Shown: one piece after another, positions 31,301-41,261 of the stretch
Layout of the letters: the number at the start of each line of letters is the position of its first letter
Position numbering within the stretch: position 1 is the stretch's first letter
Assembly: GCA_043801585.1 (NCBI GenBank)
Contig: JAZDLX010000115.1
Location: forward strand, 1,912-65,911
Direction: 5' to 3'
DNA length: 64,000 nt
Source: a bacterium
GTDB taxonomy: Bacteria > Electryoneota > Electryoneia > Electryoneales > Electryoneaceae
Notes under the pieces: model-generated
What the model saw: the letters and a program-made list of their open reading frames with translations, nothing else
Told to the model about the DNA's origin: nothing
Databases searched by the model: none
Position numbers and translations under genes: made by a program

Positions 31301-32047
31301 ATGTCCGGCCATTCAAAGTGGGCAACGATCAAGCGAAAGAAGGGGGCTGCGGACGCAGCGCGAGGAAAGATCTTCACTCGACTGATCCGCGAAATATCCA
31401 TCGTTGCACGTGAAGGTGGTGGGGACCCCGAAGGAAACCCCCGGCTGCGTCTGGCGATCCAGAAAGCCAAGCAGCAGAATATGCCCCAGGAAAACATCAT
31501 CCGTGGCATCAAGCGGGGCACAGGCGAACTCGAAGGACAGACTTTTGAAGAGATCACCTATGAGGGGTATGGACCCGGAGGGTGTGCGATCATGGTGGAT
31601 GTGATCACCGACAACCGGAACCGCACCGTTTCTGAAATGCGCCATTTGTTCAGCAAGTACGCCGGCAACCTGGCGGAGACCAACGCCGTGGCGTACATGT
31701 TCGAACGAAAAGCCGTCATCGAGTTGAATCCGGGAGGCAAGAGTGAGGACGACATCCTGATGGCTGCACTCGATTCCGGAGCAACGGATGTAGTGCAGGA
31801 GGAAGACGGCAGTTATACCGTGACCGGTGAACCTGGTGATCTTGAAGCGATCAATTCCGCACTCGAGGCGTTTGGAGTCGAGATCATATCCGCTGAATCG
31901 ACGTTTGTTCCCAACAGTCTTGTCAACGTCGATGAGAAACACGCCCGCAGCCTGATCAAACTGATGGACGCTCTGGACGATCACGACGACGTGCAGAAGG
32001 TCTATTCCAATTTTGATATCGATCCGAAACTTCTGGAAGAAGAATAG
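31301..32047 (+). CDS. YebC/PmpR-family DNA-binding regulator
   Basis: MSGHSKWATIKRKKGAADAARGKIFTRL... canonical YebC N-terminus. 248 aa. Confidence 0.9.
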   Translation: MSGHSKWATIKRKKGAADAARGKIFTRLIREISIVAREGGGDPEGNPRLRLAIQKAKQQNMPQENIIRGIKRGTGELEGQTFEEITYEGYGPGGCAIMVDVITDNRNRTVSEMRHLFSKYAGNLAETNAVAYMFERKAVIELNPGGKSEDDILMAALDSGATDVVQEEDGSYTVTGEPGDLEAINSALEAFGVEIISAESTFVPNSLVNVDEKHARSLIKLMDALDDHDDVQKVYSNFDIDPKLLEEE

Positions 32048-32149
32048 GGCGCATAGCCAGGCATATTCATCCGTAAACCAAAGCCGGTGGCGGCTGATTC
32101 GAGTGAATCGTTGACACATCGGCTTTTTTTTATTGGAGCGAGGGTGAAC

Positions 32150-32497
32150 ATGGCATCGGAAAGACTGGAACAGTTCTGGAAGGAACGAGAAAGGTTGAAC
32201 GACATTGTCATGGCGTACGCGGGGCGTGACCTGAAACGTTTATATCATATCGACGACGCCGTATACAAGGATGGGGCTCTGCCGGCGAAAACGAAGGAAC
32301 TGCTCGGCTATGTGGCGTCGCTTGTACTCCGTTGTGACGACTGCATTACCTATCATCTCGCGCAGCTTCATGACCTCGGGGTCACCAGTGAAGAATTCGA
32401 GGAGGCAACGGTCATCGGTTATGTCGTCGGTGGATCGATCACTGTTCCCCATCTCCGGCACGCTTTCGACCGCTGGGACGAGCTCCAGAATTCCTGA
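32150..32497 (+). CDS. carboxymuconolactone decarboxylase/AhpD-like family protein
   Basis: CDDCITYH (CxxC..H) AhpD-fold motif. ~115 aa from ATG 32150. Confidence 0.7.
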   Translation: MASERLEQFWKERERLNDIVMAYAGRDLKRLYHIDDAVYKDGALPAKTKELLGYVASLVLRCDDCITYHLAQLHDLGVTSEEFEEATVIGYVVGGSITVPHLRHAFDRWDELQNS

Positions 32498-32680
32498 CTC
32501 TCTGGGTGGCGAAGGGGGCTTGACCTGCCCCGGAAAGACTCGTAGGTTTCCTCTGCAGGTGCTTGAAAACACGCAAGATCAGGAACGAATTGCGGGGTGA
32601 TGCCATCCTTGGATGGAACGCTCTGATTTTTTTGACATTAATATTTACTTTTTTGTAAAGATTTATCCGAGGACGTTTGG

Positions 32681-33199
32681 ATGAAGATCACAGCACTGGA
32701 AGAATACGGTCTCCGCTGCATGGTTCGGCTGGCGAAAGCCGGTCCGGGCAGGGCTCTCTCCCTGACGGAAATCGGGGGAGCCGAGGGGCTTTCCATCCCG
32801 TACTCCGGGAAACTGCTGGCGATGCTTCGCGAGGCTGGATTGGTCGTTGCCGAACGTGGGCGAAATGGTGGATACACTCTCGCGATGCCCGCTTCGCAAA
32901 TCCGTCTGAAGCGGATTTTCGATGCGCTGGGAGAACCCATCTTCAGCGCAAACCATTGCGAACGCTATCAGACATCCGGCAACGAAGAAGGTAATTGTGT
33001 TCACCATGAAGACTGTTCCGTCCGTGATGTCTGGTCGTCTTTCCAGAAGATGATCGGCGAATTCCTGCAGCGTGTCACCCTGGAAGACCTGGCTCGCAGG
33101 AAACCGGGGAGTCGGCTGGACCTTTTCGAGTTGGCTGGATATGGCAGAGAAGGGGGAGAGTCCGGGAAGCTCAACCCTGCGGAGAGTGTTCAGGCGTAG
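32681..33199 (+). CDS. Rrf2-family transcriptional regulator (IscR/SufR-like, Cys-rich)
   Basis: N-terminal wHTH (MKITALEEYGLRCMVRLA...SLTEIG) and Cys cluster (C-x7-C-x5-C). Heads the suf operon. Confidence 0.8.
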   Translation: MKITALEEYGLRCMVRLAKAGPGRALSLTEIGGAEGLSIPYSGKLLAMLREAGLVVAERGRNGGYTLAMPASQIRLKRIFDALGEPIFSANHCERYQTSGNEEGNCVHHEDCSVRDVWSSFQKMIGEFLQRVTLEDLARRKPGSRLDLFELAGYGREGGESGKLNPAESVQA

Positions 33200-33245
33200 C
33201 GCCTGACGATGCTTGACAACAAAACGATAACGATATCCAAAGAGG

Positions 33246-34013
33246 TTGATTGTGGCGAACAACGACGTACTTCTATCCATTGAGGATCTGCACGTCACCG
33301 TGGAGGGCGTGGAGGTCGTCAAAGGGGTGTCACTGGAACTCAAGGCCGGTGAAAAGCACGCGATCATGGGTCCCAACGGATCCGGGAAAAGCAGCATGGC
33401 GAACGCCCTGGCGGGACATCCCGCGTACGAGATTACCCATGGTAAGGTGACACTTGCGGGTGTCAATCTGCTCGACATGGATGCTACCCAACGGAGCCGT
33501 GCGGGCCTGTTCCTCGCTTTCCAGTACCCGATGTCCGTCCCCGGCGTGACGGTCACCAACTTTCTTCGCAGCGCGGTCAAGGCGCATCGTGGCGATGGCG
33601 ACGATGTGCTGCGTTCGTTTCGCAAGGATTTGAAAAACGCTTTCGAACTGCTGGAGATGGACGAAAAATTCGCCAGCCGTTACGTGAATGACGGTTTTTC
33701 GGGAGGCGAGAAGAAGCGGTTTGAGATTCTGCAAATGGCGATGCTGTTGCCCAGGGTGATGATCCTTGACGAAACGGACAGCGGCCTCGACATCGACGCG
33801 TTGAAGGTGGTGAGCGAGGGCGTTAACCGCGTTTCCAGCAAGGACAACGCGGTCCTGCTGGTCACCCATTACCAGCGCATCCTGAACTATGTGAAGCCGG
33901 ACCAGGTGCATGTGATGATCGACGGCCATATCGCCCTTAGCGGCGGAGCCGATCTCGCCTGTCAACTGGAAGAAAAGGGGTACGACTGGCTGAAGGCCGA
34001 GCAGGTGGCCTGA
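33246..34013 (+). CDS. sufC: Fe-S cluster assembly ATPase SufC
   Basis: Walker [13 protein letters not shown] signature FSGGEKKR, Walker [17 protein letters not shown] start. Confidence 0.9.
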   Translation: MIVANNDVLLSIEDLHVTVEGVEVVKGVSLELKAGEKHAIMGPNGSGKSSMANALAGHPAYEITHGKVTLAGVNLLDMDATQRSRAGLFLAFQYPMSVPGVTVTNFLRSAVKAHRGDGDDVLRSFRKDLKNAFELLEMDEKFASRYVNDGFSGGEKKRFEILQMAMLLPRVMILDETDSGLDIDALKVVSEGVNRVSSKDNAVLLVTHYQRILNYVKPDQVHVMIDGHIALSGGADLACQLEEKGYDWLKAEQVA

Positions 34014-34050
34014 AGCGTCCCCTTGCAACGAAGCGCACAGGAGGGTTGAG

Positions 34051-35481
34051 GTGAGCGATACCCTTGTCAATAAGCCGGATCTGACCGGCATCGGCGATGA
34101 TTACGCGACGAAATACGGTTTCCATGACCCCGAAGAGTATTTCCACAAGGGTGCCAAGGGGCTGTCTCATGAAGTCGTCGAGATGATGTCCCTGATGAAA
34201 AAGGAACCGGAGTGGATGCGCGAATTCCGCCATCAAGCTTTGGACGTCTTCTACGCCAAGGAGATGCCGCGCTGGGGAGACACGGAGCGCCTTTCCCAAA
34301 TCGACTTTGACGACATCTACTACTACATCAAACCGATTGAAATGCAGGGGCGCACCTGGGAAGATGTGCCGGAAAACATCAAGCTGACATTCGAACGGCT
34401 TGGCATCCCCGAGGCCGAGCGGAAATATCTTGCCGGAGTTTCCGCCCAGTACGAATCCGAGGTTGTCTACCACAGCATGCAGCAGGAGCTCGTCGATCAG
34501 GGCGTGATCTTCACCGATATGGATTCCGCTGTTCGCGAGCATCCGGAGATCGTGCAGAAGTATTTCAGCACGGTGATTCCGGTGATGGACAACAAGTTTG
34601 CGGCGCTCAACAGCGCCGTCTGGTCCGGAGGCTCTTTTATCTATGTGCCGCCCGGTGTTGAGGTTAAAGTCCCGCTGCAGGCGTATTTCAGGATCAACGC
34701 GGAGAGCATGGGCCAGTTCGAGCGCACGCTGATTATCGCGGACAAGGGCAGCCGTGTCCATTACATCGAGGGCTGCACGGCGCCGGTGTATTCATCGAAC
34801 AGCCTCCATTGCGCGGTCGTTGAGCTGATCGCCCTCGAGGATTCCTACATCCGCTATTCGACGATTCAGAACTGGTCGCACAACATCTACAACCTCGTCA
34901 CCAAGCGCGCCATGGCGCACAAGAACGCCACCGTTGAGTGGGTCGATGGCAACATCGGCAGCAAGCTGACGATGAAATATCCTGCGGTGTACCTCGTTGG
35001 AGAGGGAGCCAAGGGCGAGATCCTTACGGTGGCCTTTGCGGGCAAGGATCAGCACCAGGACAGCGGCGCCAAGGTGGTTCACGCCGCGCCGCACACCACA
35101 AGCCGGATTACCTCGAAGTCGATCAGCAAGAACGGGGGACGGGCGAGCTACCGCGGCCTGGTCAAAGTCTATCCGAACGCGAATAACTGTCATGTGAACG
35201 TCGAGTGTGACGCTCTGCTCCTTGACAGCGAATCGCGGACGGATACCTACCCGACCATGGAGATTGACAACAATCATGTCACCATCGAGCACGAGGCGTC
35301 GGTTTCCAAGGTGGCCGAGGAGCAGGTTTTTTACCTGATGAGCCGCGGTCTCAGTGAGGATGAGGCGAGACTCCTGATCGTCAACGGGTTTATCAACCCG
35401 TTCGTCAAGGAGCTTCCGATGGAGTACGCAATTGAATTGAACCGCCTGATCGAGCTCGAGATGGAAGGCTCGGTGGGCTGA
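34051..35481 (+). CDS. sufB: Fe-S cluster assembly protein SufB
   Basis: 476 aa. Conserved SufB C-terminal beta-helix region (…[10 protein letters not shown]…[10 protein letters not shown]). Confidence 0.9.
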   Translation: MSDTLVNKPDLTGIGDDYATKYGFHDPEEYFHKGAKGLSHEVVEMMSLMKKEPEWMREFRHQALDVFYAKEMPRWGDTERLSQIDFDDIYYYIKPIEMQGRTWEDVPENIKLTFERLGIPEAERKYLAGVSAQYESEVVYHSMQQELVDQGVIFTDMDSAVREHPEIVQKYFSTVIPVMDNKFAALNSAVWSGGSFIYVPPGVEVKVPLQAYFRINAESMGQFERTLIIADKGSRVHYIEGCTAPVYSSNSLHCAVVELIALEDSYIRYSTIQNWSHNIYNLVTKRAMAHKNATVEWVDGNIGSKLTMKYPAVYLVGEGAKGEILTVAFAGKDQHQDSGAKVVHAAPHTTSRITSKSISKNGGRASYRGLVKVYPNANNCHVNVECDALLLDSESRTDTYPTMEIDNNHVTIEHEASVSKVAEEQVFYLMSRGLSEDEARLLIVNGFINPFVKELPMEYAIELNRLIELEMEGSVG

Positions 35482-35497
35482 GGAACGGATATTCACG

Positions 35498-36787
35498 ATG
35501 ACACAAACGAACGCAACAACCGCACCCGTCCAGTTCCGTCCGCGTCACGACCAGGAACCGGAATGGCTGTACGATCTTCGCTCCCGTTCCTGGAGAGCCT
35601 GGGAGACATCCCCATTGCCCGATCGCGTGGTGCACCTGTGGCGCTACACGGAGCCGCAACGGTTCGTGCCCGATGCCCTCGAGGGATTGTTGCGCAGTTA
35701 CCCTGTGATGCCCAATGGTCACGCGGATCAGGCGAAAGCGGTACCTGACAATAGGGTGGGGCACGCCTACAACGACACGAGCCTGTTGACCCTTGCACGG
35801 CTGACACCCGAAGCCGCTAAAATGGGTGTCGTCCTGACGGATCTGTTGACAGCTGTCCATCAGCATCCGGACCTCATCCGCGAATATCTCGGCAGCGCCG
35901 TGGGCGAGAATTTCGACAAGTTCGAGACGCTCAACCTGGCGCTCTGGAACACCGGGCTGTTCCTGTATGTGCCGGATGGCGTTGTGCTCGACAAGCCAAT
36001 TCATCTCCACCGCACTTCTGGTAACGGGGACACGTTGATGCGCCTTCTTGCCGTTGTCGGAGAAAACTCGGAAGTCACCATCATCGACGATTACGAGGGG
36101 CAGCAGGGCGTCCAGGCGCGGATCAACAGCGTCGTGGAGTTGATCGCCAAGGCATCGTCCCGCGTGACCTTCTCGACGTTTATCCGCCTCGCGGATGAGG
36201 ATTCCCTTTTCCTCACGCAGCGCAACCGCATTGGTCAGGATGTCAGCCTTCGCTCGTCCGCACTTTCGCTCGGTGCGGGTCTCACCAAGGTCAATTGGGG
36301 AACCCAGCTCGAGGGAAGAGGGGCGGACAGCCGGTGGACGGGGCTGCTGATGGGAGGGGACGAGCAGCACTTTGACAATCACACGCTCCACCGTCACATG
36401 GCGGGTGAGACCTGTTCGAACCTGGAGTTCAAGGTCGCTTTGAAGGATCGGGCGGTTTCCTCCTACACAGGACGGATCAACATTGAACCACACGCTGCAT
36501 TCTGCGAGGCCTACCAGGAGAATCGGAACCTGCTGCTCTCGGACGCGGCAAAGGTGGAGTCGATTCCCGAGCTTGAAATCGTCAACGACGACGTCAAGTG
36601 CTCGCATGGCGTGACCGTGGGAATGCTTGAGCCGGAGCAACTTTTCTATCTTACCAGCCGAGGGATTGAGGAAGAGGAGGCGCGGCGGATCATTCTTGCC
36701 GGTTTCTTCGAAGAACCACTCGCACAAGTTCCCCAGGAGTTGCGCGAACTTGGTCATACACTTCTGATGCAGAAACTGGAGGCTTGA
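35498..36787 (+). CDS. sufD: Fe-S cluster assembly protein SufD
   Basis: 429 aa. SufB/SufD family, immediately after sufB. Confidence 0.8.
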   Translation: MTQTNATTAPVQFRPRHDQEPEWLYDLRSRSWRAWETSPLPDRVVHLWRYTEPQRFVPDALEGLLRSYPVMPNGHADQAKAVPDNRVGHAYNDTSLLTLARLTPEAAKMGVVLTDLLTAVHQHPDLIREYLGSAVGENFDKFETLNLALWNTGLFLYVPDGVVLDKPIHLHRTSGNGDTLMRLLAVVGENSEVTIIDDYEGQQGVQARINSVVELIAKASSRVTFSTFIRLADEDSLFLTQRNRIGQDVSLRSSALSLGAGLTKVNWGTQLEGRGADSRWTGLLMGGDEQHFDNHTLHRHMAGETCSNLEFKVALKDRAVSSYTGRINIEPHAAFCEAYQENRNLLLSDAAKVESIPELEIVNDDVKCSHGVTVGMLEPEQLFYLTSRGIEEEEARRIILAGFFEEPLAQVPQELRELGHTLLMQKLEA

Positions 36788-36790
36788 CCG

Positions 36791-37105
36791 ATGGCGTCCT
36801 TTCACGAAGCGTGCAGTACAAAAGATGTTCAGAATGGAATGACGAAGATGTTCAAAGTCAGCGGAAAGAACGTGTTGATTGCGAATGACAAGGGCTCTTT
36901 TTACGCCCTGAGTCCCTATTGCACTCATGACGGACAGGATCTGGACGCCGATGAGATCGTGGACCACGCGCTCACCTGCCCCCGGCATGGCGCCGTGTTT
37001 GACGTTCGGGACGGGTCCGTCATCCGCATGCCCGCTGTGTACGGGTTGGCCACCTATCCGGTGAAGGTTGAAAACGACACCGTTTTCATCCAGATCGGCG
37101 ATTGA
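36791..37105 (+). CDS. Rieske [2Fe-2S] ferredoxin-type protein
   Basis: CTHDG...CPRHG Rieske ligand boxes. 104 aa. Embedded between sufD and sufS. Confidence 0.85.
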   Translation: MASFHEACSTKDVQNGMTKMFKVSGKNVLIANDKGSFYALSPYCTHDGQDLDADEIVDHALTCPRHGAVFDVRDGSVIRMPAVYGLATYPVKVENDTVFIQIGD

Positions 37106-37117
37106 TGGAGGCGCAGG

Positions 37118-38407
37118 ATGGAATCGCCGGAAACTGTTGTCGCAAAAGAGATCATGCGGGGTACCAGGCTTCCTGCGTACGACCTTCAGGCGGTGCGGGC
37201 AGACTTTCCGATCCTCAGCAGAAGGATCAACGGGGAGCCTCTCGTCTACCTCGATAATGCGGCGACCACCCAGAAACCTCAGGCGGTGATCGATGCGTTG
37301 AGTGATTACTACTCCTCTCACAATGCGAACGTCCATCGGGGCATCCACACACTCGCCGAAGAGGCAACAGCATCCTACGAGGCGACTCGTGATCTGGTGG
37401 CGAAGTGGGTGGGGGACGTCAAGCGCGAGGAGATCGTCTTCACCAGCGGGGCTACGGAATCCATCAACCTCGTCGCATCATCATGGGGTGAACGGAATCT
37501 TAAGGTGGGAGACAGGGTTCTCCTCACCCGGATGGAACATCACGCCAATCTCGTACCCTGGTTGCAGGTGGCTCAGAAGACCGGTGCGGAAGTTGTCTAT
37601 ATCCCGATCATGGGCGATGGGCTTTTGGACATCGAAGCCGCGGAAAAGATCTTGAGCGACGGACGGGTCAGACTGGTCGCGCTGACACATGTCTCGAACG
37701 TCCTTGGTACAATCAACCCTGTTGCCGAGATGGTTTCGTTGGCGAAGAATCACGGTGCGGTTACCCTCGTCGACGGCGCACAGGCGGTTCCTCATCAGGC
37801 GGTGAACATTCCGGAAATTGGCGCGGATTTCTATGCCTTCAGCGCTCACAAGATGCTCGGCCCGACAGGTGTCGGAGTGCTCTACGGACGGGAAGACATC
37901 CTGGGCGGAATGGAGCCCTACCAGACGGGAGGCGAAATGATCCGTCTGGTGACCTACGAAAAGGCCACATGGGCCGACCTTCCCCACAGATTTGAGGCTG
38001 GCACCCCGAACATCGCCGGGGTAATTGCCTTTGCGAAGGCGATCGAGTACCTGAAATCGTTGGGGATGGCTGCTATCCGGGATCACGAGCGGGAGTTGAC
38101 CTCGAACCTATTGAGTGCTTTCGACGCCTTGCCGTGGCTGATGGTGTTTGGCCCGCGGGAACTTTCCGAGCGTGCCGGAGTGGTCAGTTTTGAGGTTGAA
38201 GGAGTTCACCCGCACGATCTCGCGCAGTTCCTCGACAGCAAAGGTATCGCTGTCCGTGCAGGACATCATTGCGCACAGCCGTTGACGAAACTGCTCGGCA
38301 GGACCTCCACGACTCGAGCGAGCGTCTATCTGTACAACACGGCAGACGAAATCGACCAGGTTGTCGAAGCGGTTCGTGAAGCGCGGCGTTATTTCGTCGG
38401 GAACTGA
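37118..38407 (+). CDS. sufS: cysteine desulfurase SufS (class V aminotransferase, group II)
   Basis: PLP-Lys motif SAHKMLGPTGVGVLYG and HHANLVPW. C-terminal active-site Cys loop (RAGHHCAQP). Confidence 0.9.
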   Translation: MESPETVVAKEIMRGTRLPAYDLQAVRADFPILSRRINGEPLVYLDNAATTQKPQAVIDALSDYYSSHNANVHRGIHTLAEEATASYEATRDLVAKWVGDVKREEIVFTSGATESINLVASSWGERNLKVGDRVLLTRMEHHANLVPWLQVAQKTGAEVVYIPIMGDGLLDIEAAEKILSDGRVRLVALTHVSNVLGTINPVAEMVSLAKNHGAVTLVDGAQAVPHQAVNIPEIGADFYAFSAHKMLGPTGVGVLYGREDILGGMEPYQTGGEMIRLVTYEKATWADLPHRFEAGTPNIAGVIAFAKAIEYLKSLGMAAIRDHERELTSNLLSAFDALPWLMVFGPRELSERAGVVSFEVEGVHPHDLAQFLDSKGIAVRAGHHCAQPLTKLLGRTSTTRASVYLYNTADEIDQVVEAVREARRYFVGN

Positions 38408-38429
38408 AAGCAAAGGACAGGGACGACCA

Positions 38430-38930
38430 GTGCTGGAAAAAGAACACGAACTCGGTGAATTGTATCGGGATATCATTCTCGATCATTATCGCTCGCCACG
38501 TGGACGGAGAGAAGTTGACAATCCGGACATTATCAACGAGGGACAGAATCCCGTGTGCGGCGACGAAGTCGAGATGCGTGTTCGGATGAACGGGGACGTG
38601 ATCGAGGATCTGGGCGTTCATTGTGTTGGCTGTGCGATCTCGGTGGCATCCGGGTCGATGTTGGCGGAAATTGCTCGTGGAAAGTCCATCTCGGAACTGA
38701 AGCAGATCGCCTCTGCGATCAAACAGATGTTGACGAACGGAGAACCATCGGACGCTGTGGACCTTTCGGAACTCAGCGATCTCGAGGTGCTGGAGGGTGT
38801 GCGCAATTTCCCCGTCCGGATCAAGTGCGCTCTGCTCGCGTGGGTGACGTTGATCGAAGGTCTGGAACGATACGAGAATGGCAAAAACGAGAACCATGTT
38901 TCAACCACCGAGGAGGGAAATCTTCCATAA
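38430..38930 (+). CDS. sufU: SUF-system NifU-family Fe-S scaffold SufU
   Basis: NPVCGDE...GVHCVGCAISVASGS IscU/SufU cysteine ligands. GTG start 22 nt after the sufS stop, with AAGGACAGGGA RBS. Confidence 0.8.
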   Translation: MLEKEHELGELYRDIILDHYRSPRGRREVDNPDIINEGQNPVCGDEVEMRVRMNGDVIEDLGVHCVGCAISVASGSMLAEIARGKSISELKQIASAIKQMLTNGEPSDAVDLSELSDLEVLEGVRNFPVRIKCALLAWVTLIEGLERYENGKNENHVSTTEEGNLP

Positions 38931-39056
38931 GACTCAGGTTGAATTCATTGCGCAGTAAGAATCGTCCCCTTGACAAAAAGGGGTATTTTGTTGCAATCAT
39001 TGATGAATTGCGGGGTATGCGAAAAGCGTATCGTATGAAGACGAAGGGCTGATGAC

Positions 39057-39710
39057 TCAATCAATGCCCTTTGCCAAGAGTTCTTCGATCGTGAGCGTTG
39101 TTCTTAACGTCTCTTCAAACGAAGACGCATCTTTGATTCCCACGGCTTCGTTCAACCCGATCACAAAATCCCGATGAGGTCGTTTCGCACGGTAGTTCGG
39201 TTCGCGCGGCGGGTGGGGGAGGTAGCGGTCGAGCAGCTCGAGTCTTGGTGTGACGAGGATGCTCGCTGAGAAATAAAGCAAGTCTTTCGCACGGTGGAGT
39301 GATGTCCCGGCGATTTTGCGATCTCCGATGACGAGATCGCTGATCCCATCGACACGAACGCTGGGGACACCGCAAGCATCAAGTCCTTCCGCAAGCCATT
39401 CACAGCAACGTTGGAACCATTTCTTTGTGTCCCCAAGCCCAGGCACGGGAAGAACGACCGACACAATCACATTCCCGGGATCGAGCACCACTGCGCATCC
39501 TCCTCCAGGCCGCCGTTCGAGTGGGACTCCGTCATTGCGGATCGCATCGAAATAGACTTCGTCTTTGATCTTGCTGCCATGCCCGAGAATCACCCGCACC
39601 GTTGCGGGGTGATACACCTTCAGGCGGGCTTTCCCGTCCTTTCTCAGAGCGGCGACGAGGTACGCATCGTCCTGATAAACCCCAATGCCGTATTCGCTGT
39701 CAGATTTCAT
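39057..39710 (-). CDS. lipoate-protein ligase family protein (LplA-type catalytic domain only)
   Basis: ERRPGGGCAVVLDPGN resembles the LplA RRxxGGGAVxHDxGN motif. KIAGTS lysine region. 217 aa, last gene of the 2-oxoacid dehydrogenase operon. Confidence 0.65.
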   Translation of the reverse strand: MKSDSEYGIGVYQDDAYLVAALRKDGKARLKVYHPATVRVILGHGSKIKDEVYFDAIRNDGVPLERRPGGGCAVVLDPGNVIVSVVLPVPGLGDTKKWFQRCCEWLAEGLDACGVPSVRVDGISDLVIGDRKIAGTSLHRAKDLLYFSASILVTPRLELLDRYLPHPPREPNYRAKRPHRDFVIGLNEAVGIKDASSFEETLRTTLTIEELLAKGID

Positions 39711-39780
39711 CTCACACCAAGTAAAATGGGAACCCCGGAAGGTCGGGATTCCCTTGACGTATTACAATCCTTGACGACCG

Positions 39781-41208
39781 TTACTTCTTCGGCTTTTTCG
39801 GAAGCACGTGAGTCGGTTCCCCGGCGGCGACTTCCGCAGCCTCCATGATCGACTCGGACATGGTGGGGTGTGGATGGATGGTGTTCACCAGGTCCTCGAG
39901 GGTGGCGCCCATCTCAATCGCGAGCGTGCCCTCGGCAATCAATTCGGACGCTGAGGGACCAACGATCCCGATACCGAGAATCAACCTTGTTTCGGGATCG
40001 GACATCACCTTGACAAACCCTTCCGTGCGGCCAAGGCTGCGGGCACGGCCCAGCGCCGTAAGCGGGAATCGGCCGATAGTGATTTCCACTCCTTTCTCCT
40101 TCGCTTCACGCTCCGTGATGCCTGTCCAGGCGATTTCCGGGTCGGTGAAAACGACAGCAGGAATAGCGCGATTGTCGAATGCGGAGGGGTGTTTGGCGAT
40201 CACCTCAGCGGCTACTTTGCCTTCCCGGCTCGCCTTGTGCGCCAGTGCGGGACCCGGTGTGACATCTCCGACGGCAAAGATGTGATCGACGGTCGTGCGC
40301 TGCTCTTCATTGACCTCGATCAATCCCCGCTCATTGACCTTCACACCCGTGTGTTCAAGACCGATGTTGTCCGTGTTGGGGCGGCGTCCAATGGCGACGA
40401 GAACCCGGCTGAACGTCTTGGTCATCGTCTTGCCCTCGTGCTCGATATCGACGTCATAACCGTCGCCCTTGGCTTTGCGAACGCCAATGACCTTGGAGCC
40501 GGTGAGGATTTCCTCGAACTTCGATTCACAGTGTTTGACGACGACGCGAACGAGATCCTCATCCGCACCCGCAAGCAAACGTGGCAGGAACTCAACCATT
40601 GTCACCTTCGATCCGAGTCCGGCGTATACCAATCCCAGCTCCATGCCGATGTAGCCGCCGCCAACCACGAGCAGCGACTCCGGGATCTCCGGGAGATTCA
40701 CTGCTTCCATCGACGTCCAGAGATTCAGGTCTTTGTCGTAGTCGCCGGGCAATTCGTTGATCCGTGACCCCGTGGCGATGATCGCGTATTTGAATTCGAT
40801 ATTGCCGGCGCCCTCGATGTGCAACTTGTTGTTGTCGGTGAAATTCGCCCGGCCGTGCACGATGTCCACGCCGCGTTTTGTCAGGAGGGTGTCGACTCCG
40901 CTGGTCAGATTATCGACGACACCCTGGGTCCAGTTGCGGAGTTTGTCGATGTCGATTTTGATTTCGCCTGTGTGGGAAATACCGATTTCTTCGCCATAAC
41001 GGGCGGCATCCACTACCTCGACCGCGTGAATCAACGTTTTGGAGGGAATACACCCCTCGATCAGGCAGACCCCGCCGAGCTTGTCACGTTCTTCGACGAT
41101 GGTCACGTCGAATCCGAGGTCAGCGGCGCGAATCGCGGCGACATAGCCTCCCGGTCCGCCGCCGATGACGACAACATCCGTTTCCTGAGTCAATTCCCCG
41201 ATAACCAT
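39781..41208 (-). CDS. lpd: dihydrolipoyl dehydrogenase (E3)
   Basis: VVIGGGPGGY FAD motif, GGVCLIEGCIPSK redox disulfide, C-terminal HPHPT interface motif. ATG 41208 with GGAGG RBS. Confidence 0.92.
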   Translation of the reverse strand: MVIGELTQETDVVVIGGGPGGYVAAIRAADLGFDVTIVEERDKLGGVCLIEGCIPSKTLIHAVEVVDAARYGEEIGISHTGEIKIDIDKLRNWTQGVVDNLTSGVDTLLTKRGVDIVHGRANFTDNNKLHIEGAGNIEFKYAIIATGSRINELPGDYDKDLNLWTSMEAVNLPEIPESLLVVGGGYIGMELGLVYAGLGSKVTMVEFLPRLLAGADEDLVRVVVKHCESKFEEILTGSKVIGVRKAKGDGYDVDIEHEGKTMTKTFSRVLVAIGRRPNTDNIGLEHTGVKVNERGLIEVNEEQRTTVDHIFAVGDVTPGPALAHKASREGKVAAEVIAKHPSAFDNRAIPAVVFTDPEIAWTGITEREAKEKGVEITIGRFPLTALGRARSLGRTEGFVKVMSDPETRLILGIGIVGPSASELIAEGTLAIEMGATLEDLVNTIHPHPTMSESIMEAAEVAAGEPTHVLPKKPKK

Positions 41209-41261
41209 GTATGCCTCCAAAGGCGTGCCGTCATCCGGGGGAGGAGGACGGCTGCCCGGGT

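Noticed and set aside
32663-34761. Several 250–320-aa minus-strand ORFs over the Rrf2/sufC/sufB region
   Set aside because: They are antisense to SUF genes with Walker and ABC motifs. No RBS or motif support.
35405-37348. 647-aa minus-strand ORF spanning sufD, the Rieske gene and sufS
   Set aside because: It is antisense to three confidently identified SUF genes, has no domain signatures, and shows a high-GC codon-position artefact.
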